Shown here one piece after another: positions 55,634 through 64,000 of a stretch of DNA of 64,000 nucleotides; the first letter of the stretch is position 1, and the number at the start of each line of letters is the position of its first letter. The notes beneath the pieces are model-generated. The model ran no database searches. It was given only the letters and a program-made list of their open reading frames with translations, and was not told the origin of the DNA. Origin of the DNA: an uncultured Spirochaetales bacterium (lineage in GTDB: Bacteria > Myxococcota_A > UBA9160 > JAFDET01); the NCBI GenBank assembly GCA_964442285.1, contig CAYTZH010000009.1, positions 64,985-128,984 of the forward strand. Direction: 5' to 3'. A program made the translations under genes and the position numbers.

Positions 55634-56182
55634 ATGCCCCCCTCGGCCCCGAGTCGACTCGCCACCACCCGCCGCGGCTTCCTGCGACTCGCGGGCAGCG
55701 GCGTGGCGCTGGCGACCCTGGCGCAGGTCCGCGCCGTCCCCGCCGCCGCGCGCGCCGCGCCGGCGGGCGGCGTCGGGTTCTTCGAGCCGGGGCCCCGGGA
55801 GATCCTGACCCAGGTCGTCGAGCGCATGGTCGACACCGGGGAGGCGTCGGCACCGGCCGTGCGCGACACCCGCGCCGTCGACACCATCGACGCGCTCTGC
55901 GCCGGACTCGACCCGACCCTCACCGAGCCCCTGCCCTGGCTGCTCTACGCCGTCGAGTGGGGCCCGTTCGTCTTCGACCTCACGTTCTGCCGCTTCACCC
56001 GCATGGACGACGCGGGCAAGGACGCCTCGATCCGCGCCTGGATGACGAGTCGCCTCGCGCTGCGCCGCCAGGGCTTCGCCGCCCTGAAGAACCTCGCCTT
56101 CCTGGGCTACTACGCCCAGGAGGAGACCTGGCCCCTCATCGACTACGCGGGGCCGCTGCTGCGCGGCCGGGGCGCGGCTTGA
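55634..56182 (+). CDS. Tat-exported small subunit (gluconate 2-dehydrogenase subunit-3-like)
   Basis: Twin-arginine signal 'TTRRGFLRLAGSGVALATLA'. Followed by a GMC flavoprotein with a TTGA overlap. Confidence 0.7.
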   Translation: MPPSAPSRLATTRRGFLRLAGSGVALATLAQVRAVPAAARAAPAGGVGFFEPGPREILTQVVERMVDTGEASAPAVRDTRAVDTIDALCAGLDPTLTEPLPWLLYAVEWGPFVFDLTFCRFTRMDDAGKDASIRAWMTSRLALRRQGFAALKNLAFLGYYAQEETWPLIDYAGPLLRGRGAA

Positions 56183-57711
56183 TCGTCGATCTCCGCGCGG
56201 CGGGCGGGGATCGGGTCGAGCGGGCGGACGTCTGCGTCATCGGCTCGGGCGGCGGCGGCGCCGTCGCCGCGGCGGAGCTCGCCGCGGGCGGGCGCTCGGT
56301 GGTGGTGCTCGAGCAGGGACACCACTGGACGTCGGCCGACTTCAGCCAGCGCGAGGACGAGATGCTCCCGCGACTGTTCGAGGAGGGCGGCCAGCGCCAG
56401 ACCCGCGACGGCTCGGTGGTGGTGCTCCAGGGCCGCAACGTGGGCGGCTCCACGGTGCACAACCTCTGCTACGCGTTCCGCACCCCCGATCCGATCCTGC
56501 GCCTGTGGCGCGAGGAGCACGGTCTCCCCGAGCTCACGGCCGGGGCGCTGGCGGCCTCCTTCGCCCGGGTAGAGCGACACCTCAAGGTGAAGCCCATCCG
56601 CGAGGACGAGGTCAACGCCCTGAACCGGGTCGTCCGCGCCGGCGCCGAGAAGCTCGGCTACTCGGGATTCGTGACCCGGCACAATCGCGAGGGCTGCGTC
56701 CAGTCGGGCTACTGCATCCTCGGCTGCTCCTACGACGCCAAGCAGTCGATGCTGGTGACCTACGTGCCCCGGGCCGCGCGCGCCGGCGCGCGCATCTTCT
56801 GCAACGCCCGGGCGGAGCGCATCGAGGCCGAGGGCGGTCGGGTCCGGAGGGTCCTGGGGCGGGCGATCGATCCCGACGGCACGCCCCGGGGCAGCATCGA
56901 GGTGTCGGCGCGCGCCGTCGTGCTCGCCGCCGGCGCCGTCGCCTCGCCGGACCTGCTGCTCCGCAGCGGACTCGGCGGCGATCGCGTCGGGCGCGGTCTC
57001 CACCTGCATCCGTCGGTGATGGCCGCAGGCTTCTTCGACGAGCCGCTGCACGCCTACCGCGGCATCCCCCAGAGCTACTACATCGACGAGTTCATCGATC
57101 TCGAGCGGGATCCGCACCGGGGCTACGTGCTCATGCCCATCGCGGGCTTCCCGGTCCTCACCGCCACCCAGCTGCCGGGCTTCGGGCGCGACCACTACCG
57201 GGTGATGCGCGACTACGCTCGCATGGCGGGACTGCTGGTCCTGCTCCACGACCGCAGCGAGGGGCGGGTGCGCCCCGGCGCATCGCTGTCCAAGCCGTCG
57301 ATCGACTACGACCTCGACCCCGAGGACGCGCGCCAGCTGGCCGAGGGCCTCGCCCACTGCGCCGAGGTGCTGTTCGCCGGCGGGGCCCGCCGCGTGGTGC
57401 TGCCCTACGCGCCCGAGCCCCTGGTGCTGGAGCGCGGCGACCCGGTGGACGAGATCCGCCGGCGCGGGGTGCGCGCGGGCGCCGTGCCCATGGCTTCGAC
57501 CCACCCCCAGTCCACCTGCGCCATGTCCCCGGACGCCGGCTCCGGCGTGGTGGACGCCCGGGGCGAGGTCCACGGGGTGCGCGGCCTGTTCGTCGCCGAC
57601 ATGAGCGTGTTCCCGACCTCCCTGGGCGCGCCGCCCCAGATCACCACCGCGGCCCTTGCCGACCGCACCGCCCACCACATCCTGGAACGCGGGAACGAGT
57701 TCGAGGCGTGA
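56179..57711 (+). CDS. GMC-family FAD oxidoreductase
   Basis: TTG 56179. Contains 'DVCVIGSGGGGAVAAAELA', 'NVGGSTVHN' and the C-terminal 'GLFVADMSVFPTSLGAPPQ'. Confidence 0.88.
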   Translation: MIVDLRAAGGDRVERADVCVIGSGGGGAVAAAELAAGGRSVVVLEQGHHWTSADFSQREDEMLPRLFEEGGQRQTRDGSVVVLQGRNVGGSTVHNLCYAFRTPDPILRLWREEHGLPELTAGALAASFARVERHLKVKPIREDEVNALNRVVRAGAEKLGYSGFVTRHNREGCVQSGYCILGCSYDAKQSMLVTYVPRAARAGARIFCNARAERIEAEGGRVRRVLGRAIDPDGTPRGSIEVSARAVVLAAGAVASPDLLLRSGLGGDRVGRGLHLHPSVMAAGFFDEPLHAYRGIPQSYYIDEFIDLERDPHRGYVLMPIAGFPVLTATQLPGFGRDHYRVMRDYARMAGLLVLLHDRSEGRVRPGASLSKPSIDYDLDPEDARQLAEGLAHCAEVLFAGGARRVVLPYAPEPLVLERGDPVDEIRRRGVRAGAVPMASTHPQSTCAMSPDAGSGVVDARGEVHGVRGLFVADMSVFPTSLGAPPQITTAALADRTAHHILERGNEFEA

Positions 57712-59096
57712 CGGAGCCCGCCCCGGGGGTGCCGGAGGGCGAGCCGACCCCCGGCGCGCCGGCGCCGGGCCCCGGCCCCGCCGGGCTCGGGGTCTGGAGC
57801 CTGGCCTGGCCGACCATGGTGTCGTTCGGGCTGCAGAGCCTGGTGGGCGTGGTCGACTTCGCCATCGTCGCGGGCCTGGGCGCGGAGACGGTCGCCGCGG
57901 TCGGTATCGCCCATCAGGTCTACTTCGCCCAGTTCGCCGTGCTGGCGGGGGTGACGACCGGCACGGTGGCCCTTGTGGCCCGGGCGATCGGGGCCGGCGA
58001 CCCCGCGCTGGCGGACCGCACCCTGCGGGTGTCGGTGCTGCTCGGCGTCGCCATCGGGCTCCTCACCATGGGGCTCATCCCCGTGGCGGCGGCGGTGGTG
58101 GGCGTATTCGGCGTGGAGGCCGCGGTCGTCGACATCGGCGCCTCCTACCTGCGGATCCTGCTGGCATTCAACGTGCCGCTGGCCATCGGCGTGGTGCTCT
58201 CCAGCGGCGTCCGCGGCGCGGGGGACGTGCGCACGCCCCTGGTGCTGGGCGCGATCGTCAACGTGCTCAACGTCTTCCTCAACTACGGCCTGGTCTACGG
58301 CCGCTTCGGCCTGCCCGAGCTCGGCGCCGACGGCTCGGCCCTGGGCACGGGCATGGCCATCGCCGTGGGCACCGCGGCCTGGATCGCGCTGTGGTGGGGG
58401 AACCGGCTGGTGGTCGAGCGCGGCCCCTGGCTCGAGGGGCTCACGGCGGGCCTGGCCCGGCGGGTGCTGGCGATCGGGATCCCGACCTTCCTCGAGCAGG
58501 CGGCCTTCCAGGTGGGGATCGTGCTCTTCCTGCGCATCGTGGCCGGGTTCGGCACCACGGCGGTCTCCGCCTACCTGATCGGGGTGCGCATCCTGTCCCT
58601 CTCCTTCGTGCCGGGGCTGGGCTACGCCACGGCGGCCTCCACGCTGGTGGGCCAGCATCTCGGCGCCGGGCACCCCGGCGAGGCCATGCGCGCCGGCTGG
58701 CGGGCGACCCAGGGCGCCGTGGTGGTGATGGGCAGCGTCGGGCTGTCGATCATCCTGCTGGCGCGGCCCGTGGCCTCGATCTTCGGCGCGGCCGGCGAGG
58801 AGACGGTCGGCCTCACGGTGACGTTCATCTACATCCTGGGCGCCGCCCAGCCCCTCATGGCGCTGGAGTTCGCCCTGGGCGGGGGGCTGCGCGGTGCCGG
58901 CGACACGCGCTACCCGCTGCTGGTCATCCTGGCGGGCCTGTTCGGGATGCGGCTGCCGGGGGCGCTCGTGCTCTGGCAGGTCGTCGGCGCCTCGGTGACG
59001 GCCGTCTGGAGCTGTCTCCTCGCCGACTATGCCCTCAAGGCGACGCTGCTCGCCTGGCGATTCCGCTCGGGCCGCTGGCAGCAGGTCCGCGTCTAG
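57708..59096 (+). CDS. MATE-family efflux transporter
   Basis: GTG 57708 (GTGA overlap). 12-TM pattern. Contains 'LAWPTMVSFGLQSLVGVVD' and 'RGAGDVRTPL / RGAGDTRYPL'. Confidence 0.88.
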   Translation: MTEPAPGVPEGEPTPGAPAPGPGPAGLGVWSLAWPTMVSFGLQSLVGVVDFAIVAGLGAETVAAVGIAHQVYFAQFAVLAGVTTGTVALVARAIGAGDPALADRTLRVSVLLGVAIGLLTMGLIPVAAAVVGVFGVEAAVVDIGASYLRILLAFNVPLAIGVVLSSGVRGAGDVRTPLVLGAIVNVLNVFLNYGLVYGRFGLPELGADGSALGTGMAIAVGTAAWIALWWGNRLVVERGPWLEGLTAGLARRVLAIGIPTFLEQAAFQVGIVLFLRIVAGFGTTAVSAYLIGVRILSLSFVPGLGYATAASTLVGQHLGAGHPGEAMRAGWRATQGAVVVMGSVGLSIILLARPVASIFGAAGEETVGLTVTFIYILGAAQPLMALEFALGGGLRGAGDTRYPLLVILAGLFGMRLPGALVLWQVVGASVTAVWSCLLADYALKATLLAWRFRSGRWQQVRV

Positions 59097-59554
59097 CCGT
59101 CGCGCAGGCGACCGGCAAAATACCGGAGCAGGTCGGTCTCGGTGACGAGGCCCAGCAGCACGTCGTCGGCATCGACGACCGGCAGGCAGCCGATCTTGTG
59201 GTCCGCCATCAGCAGGGCCGCGTCTTCGACCGAGGCATCGGGCCCCACGGCGATGGGCGGCGTGGACATGACGCGGGAGATGTCGATCGCCTCCAGGAAG
59301 GCCCGGCGCTCCTCGCTGCCGAACGAGGTCAGGTTGGAGAGCGAGACCCGCAGCAGGTCGCGTTCGGAGACGACGCCCACCAGACGCCCTCCGTGCACCA
59401 CCGGGATATGGCGCACGTGACCAAGAGTCATGATATCCTCGACGGTCGACAGGCGGTCGCCGACACTGATCGTGACGACCTTCTGTCGCATGATCTCTCG
59501 GATGAGGGTCGGCTCCAACCGGGTAAGCTCCCTACGGCTCAGCTCCATACCCAT
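59093..59554 (-). CDS. CBS-pair domain protein
   Basis: Contains 'IMRQKVVTISVGDRLSTVEDIM...IPVV' and 'VMSTPPIAVGPDASVEDAALLMADHKIGCLPVVD'. Confidence 0.85.
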   Translation of the reverse strand: MGMELSRRELTRLEPTLIREIMRQKVVTISVGDRLSTVEDIMTLGHVRHIPVVHGGRLVGVVSERDLLRVSLSNLTSFGSEERRAFLEAIDISRVMSTPPIAVGPDASVEDAALLMADHKIGCLPVVDADDVLLGLVTETDLLRYFAGRLRDG

Positions 59555-59572
59555 TCCGGTCAGTCTACTCCA

Positions 59573-60025
59573 ATGCCGCCGTCGCGAGGCAACAACAAAG
59601 ACACCGCTCCCGCACCGAAGGTGCGCGGAGGGCGACCCTCGCGCGAGGCGCCGGAGGACCGCCAGCCGTTCCTGCCGGAGATCCTGCAGCGCGCCCTGGC
59701 GCTGGGACTCTCGGGGATCTTCACGACGGAAGCCGCGTTCCGACGCGCCCTGGGCGATACCCTTCCCAAGGACTGGGTGGATTTTGCCGTCGACCAGAGC
59801 GATCGCACCCGCACCGAGTTCGTCAACCGGCTGGCGGAGGAGATGGTGCGGGTCCTCGAGACCGCAGACCTCGAGGGCATCACGCGCCGCCTGATGGCGG
59901 ACCAGAAGATCGAGCTCAAGGTCGAGGTGCGCATGGTTCCGGACGAGTCTGCGAAGCAGAAGGGAGCCGGAGAGCGGGAGTCGCAGGGCTCCCGGGTGGC
60001 GGGCGCGAGAGGGAAACCGCGTTGA
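59573..60025 (+). CDS. Small soluble protein, unknown function
   Basis: ATG 59573 within ORF 57656-60025. The composition is non-repetitive ('FLPEILQRALALGLSGIFTTEAAFRRALGDTLPKDWVDFAVDQSDRTRTEFVNRLAEEMVRVL'). Its stop overlaps the next gene as TTGA. Confidence 0.5.
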   Translation: MPPSRGNNKDTAPAPKVRGGRPSREAPEDRQPFLPEILQRALALGLSGIFTTEAAFRRALGDTLPKDWVDFAVDQSDRTRTEFVNRLAEEMVRVLETADLEGITRRLMADQKIELKVEVRMVPDESAKQKGAGERESQGSRVAGARGKPR

Positions 60026-61347
60026 GCGAACACAGCGAGCCCGCCGCGGCGCCGGCACGGTCGCCGGACGGCGGGCAGGCCCCCCCCGACGGGCGACGCG
60101 TTCTCGTCGGCCGGGTGCTCCTCGGACTCCTCGTCCTGTACTGCGGCCTCTGCTACTACGGCTTCGGACCCTACGACGGTCTGAGCGATGTGCCCTGGTG
60201 GCACCCGCGAGCCTTCCTGGTGCACTCGCCCCTGGTCGGCGCCTTCGACGGCAACATGGGCCTCGCGGTCGCCGCGTTCGCCGGATTCGGGCTGGCCCTG
60301 GGCAGCGGGGTCTTCCTCTGCCTGCGCTCCCCCGGCGCCTGGACCCTGGCGTTGGCCTGCGTCCTGGCCTGTCTCCTGTTCGCCTTCTATGGGCTGCGCG
60401 ATCCGGGCCCGCGCATCTGGGAGTTCTTCCGCTGGCGGGGCTCGGCGGTGATGGCGTGCCTGGCCCTGGCGATCGCGGGCACCCTGCTGGCGCCCCGGCT
60501 GGCCGAGAGCTGGCTGCGCTGGCGCTGGCCCCTGCGTCTGGCCACATACCTGCCCATCGTGCTGCTGGTGGTGGCGGCCTCGCGGACCATCACCGGGACC
60601 GACCCGCGCCTGGCCTTCAACATCTCTCCCTGGCCCGCCCTGACGGTGTTCGGCCTCGACGGGATCGCCACGGCGATCGTCGGGCTGCTGGGCTGTGTCG
60701 CCCTGGCGCTGGGCGCCTGGCGCCACCGCGTGCGGCGTCCTCCCCTGGCCTGGGCGCTGGGGATGGCCGCGCTGGTGCTGCCGGTCCTGTGGGTCCAGCT
60801 CCGATTCGGGGGCGGCCTGCTCCTGCTGGCGACGGCGGCGCTGCTGGCCGGGGCGGGGATGGGTCTGGCCGCGACCGCCGCCGAGCATCCCGGCCGGAGG
60901 CTCCACAGTGCGGGCGGGTACACCGCCGTGGGAACCCTGCTGGCGGCCCTGCCCCTGCTCCTCGGGCAGGGCTGCGCCCGGCTCGACTATACCCTCACCC
61001 GGGACGGCACGGCCCAGGAGGTGATCGACGCCCTGGCCCGCTACAGCGAGACCGAGGGCGAGTATCCCGACCGCCTGGAGGAGCTGGTGGAGTCGAAGGT
61101 GCTCGAGACGGTCCCCAGGCCCCAGATCGGCTTCCCCGGACTCGGCAACGGGGACTTCAGCTACCAGAACTTCGGAACCGGATACCTGCTCGAGTTCGCC
61201 GCGCCGGGCTGGGTGCAGTGCGCCTACAGCCCACCCTGGGAGGACGAGGTATACGAGGAGGAGGAGGAAGACGTGGAGCTCGACCCCGAGGCGGGTCCCC
61301 TGCCCGGCGAATGGTCCTGCGAAGACGCGCCCCCGGAGCTCTGGTGA
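60022..61347 (+). CDS. Polytopic membrane protein with acidic C-terminal soluble domain, unknown function
   Basis: 441 aa with about 9-10 hydrophobic segments. The C-terminal ~110 aa include 'ALARYSETEGEYPDRLEELV...VPRP'. Confidence 0.6.
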   Translation: MSEHSEPAAAPARSPDGGQAPPDGRRVLVGRVLLGLLVLYCGLCYYGFGPYDGLSDVPWWHPRAFLVHSPLVGAFDGNMGLAVAAFAGFGLALGSGVFLCLRSPGAWTLALACVLACLLFAFYGLRDPGPRIWEFFRWRGSAVMACLALAIAGTLLAPRLAESWLRWRWPLRLATYLPIVLLVVAASRTITGTDPRLAFNISPWPALTVFGLDGIATAIVGLLGCVALALGAWRHRVRRPPLAWALGMAALVLPVLWVQLRFGGGLLLLATAALLAGAGMGLAATAAEHPGRRLHSAGGYTAVGTLLAALPLLLGQGCARLDYTLTRDGTAQEVIDALARYSETEGEYPDRLEELVESKVLETVPRPQIGFPGLGNGDFSYQNFGTGYLLEFAAPGWVQCAYSPPWEDEVYEEEEEDVELDPEAGPLPGEWSCEDAPPELW

Positions 61348-62675
61348 CCAGCGCGGCCCCGGCGCACCGGGTGGGGCCGGCGGAGCGGCTGTACCGCGCC
61401 CGCCGCATCGGCTCGACCTTCGGCCGCGTCTACCTCGGCATCAAGGCGAACCAGTTCATCGCGCGGCGGCTGCGACCGCCGGACATGAACGCCCGCTGGA
61501 AGCGCTTCCACCGCGACAGCGCCCAGAACATCTACGAAGCCGCGGTGGAGCTGCGGGGACTCATCCTCAAGGGCTGCCAGTTCCTGGGGGCGCGCGCCGA
61601 CGTCCTGCCGCGCGAGTACGTCGAGGCCCTCTCGCGCCTCCAGGACCGCGTCCCGGCGCGGAGCTTCCGGGTGGTGCGTCGGACCGTGGAGGAGGAGCTC
61701 GACGCGCCCCTGGAGGACGTCTTCAGCCGCTTCTCGCGCAAGCCCATCGCCTCGGCCTCCCTGGCCCAGGTCCACGACGCGACGCTGCGCAGCGGGCGGC
61801 GGGTCGCCGTCAAGGTGCAGTACCCGGAGATCGACGCCCTGGTGCGGGGCGACCTCTCGAACCTGCGCTCCCTGTTCCGCGCCGTGGGGTACCTCGAGCG
61901 CGACATCGATCTGATGCCGCTGGTGGACGAGCTCGGCACCTACGTCCCGCGCGAGCTCGACTTCGAGAGCGAGGGACGCAACGCCGAGCAGGCGGCGCGG
62001 ATGTTCGCCGACCGGGAGGACGTGGTGGTTCCCGAGATCGTCTGGGCGCACACCACCCGGCGCGTGCTCACCATGGAGTTCATGGAGGGCATCAAGATCA
62101 GCGACGTCGCCGCCCTCCGCGCGGCGGACGTCGACGTGGACGAGGTCGGGCGCCTGCTGGTGGAGGCCTACTGCCTCCAGGTGCTGGTCCACGGCTTCTT
62201 CCACGCCGACCCCCACCCGGGCAACTTGCTGGTGCAGCCCGAGGGGCCGCGGCTCGTGCTCCTGGACTTCGGCCTCTCGAAGGACCTGCCGCCGAGCTTC
62301 CGCGAGGGCATCCTGGCCTTCACCGCGTCGCTGCTCCAGGGCGATGCCGAGCGCATGGTCGACGCCTGCGTGGCGCTCGGCTTCGAGACCCGGTCGGGGG
62401 ATACCGACCCCCTGGTGCAGGTGGCGCGGATGATCCTGGAGCTGGGCACCCGCCTGCGCGATCAGGCCCACGTGGACCGGGAGATGATCGAGCACTGGAA
62501 CGAGGAGCTGGGCGAGACCCTGCGCGCGAATCCGATCGTGCGGGTCCCGAGCCACGTCATGCTGCTGGGCCGCGCCCTGGGGCTCCTGTCGGGTGTCACC
62601 CGCAGTCTGGGCGCCCAGGTCGACCTGCTGCAGCTCATCCTGCCGTACGCGCTCGGGGCTCCCCCCCGCCGCTGA
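61344..62675 (+). CDS. ABC1/UbiB-family atypical protein kinase
   Basis: GTG 61344 (GTGA overlap). Contains 'KPIASASLAQVHDATL', 'VAVKVQYPEI' and 'HGFFHADPHPGNLLV'. Confidence 0.88.
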   Translation: MTSAAPAHRVGPAERLYRARRIGSTFGRVYLGIKANQFIARRLRPPDMNARWKRFHRDSAQNIYEAAVELRGLILKGCQFLGARADVLPREYVEALSRLQDRVPARSFRVVRRTVEEELDAPLEDVFSRFSRKPIASASLAQVHDATLRSGRRVAVKVQYPEIDALVRGDLSNLRSLFRAVGYLERDIDLMPLVDELGTYVPRELDFESEGRNAEQAARMFADREDVVVPEIVWAHTTRRVLTMEFMEGIKISDVAALRAADVDVDEVGRLLVEAYCLQVLVHGFFHADPHPGNLLVQPEGPRLVLLDFGLSKDLPPSFREGILAFTASLLQGDAERMVDACVALGFETRSGDTDPLVQVARMILELGTRLRDQAHVDREMIEHWNEELGETLRANPIVRVPSHVMLLGRALGLLSGVTRSLGAQVDLLQLILPYALGAPPRR

Positions 62676-62735
62676 CGGCGAGCCACTTGCCTTTCCGGGG
62701 GGTTTGGGCAGAGAATCCGGCGGGGGGGCCTCGCT

Positions 62736-64000
<1,265 letters not shown>

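Overview
Very GC-rich bacterial chromosomal segment. Third codon positions are almost all G/C, and every frame carries long Arg/Pro/Gly/Ala-rich shadow ORFs. It is densely packed with about 55 plausible genes. I found no rRNA, tRNA, CRISPR array, transposase or integrase. PlsB, LpxD, a CarH-type regulator and lipoprotein signals suggest a Gram-negative, possibly Myxococcota-like organism; this taxon guess is low-confidence inference. Most of the window is housekeeping or metabolism: menC/menE, transporters, plsB, pepN, sucA, polA, cysK, truD, plsC, rnhB, lpxD, and aldehyde and GMC dehydrogenases. The stand-out region is about 12.2-28.8 kb, which looks like a light / photo-oxidative-stress island. 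It holds a photolyase operon (phr, a B12-motif-less MerR paralog, ybgA) placed head-to-head with a CarH-type AdoB12 photoreceptor. That gene is followed by a full-length sigma-70-family factor. About 10 kb of tightly coupled lipid-modification genes follow: two CFA-synthase-family methylases, a UfaD-like FAD enzyme, UfaO-like DUF1365, a chalcone-isomerase-like protein, MFS_2 plus a lysolipid acyltransferase, SRPBCC and DUF1295. An acyl-CoA ligase lies after a repeat array. Related 11-bp TTGAC/TAGACA boxes recur in the promoter regions of this island. Other recurring features are listed here. (i) 18 four-base NTGA stop-start overlaps, including two CTGA junctions where CTG seems to be the only workable start. 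(ii) At least seven short perfect tandem duplications (14, 20, 24 and 30 nt) in coding and intergenic DNA. (iii) A disrupted CYTH gene. (iv) An orphan ACP behind a TetR gene. (v) A coupled small-protein / polytopic-membrane-protein / ABC1-kinase triad. All functional calls come from motif recognition by eye; no database search was possible.
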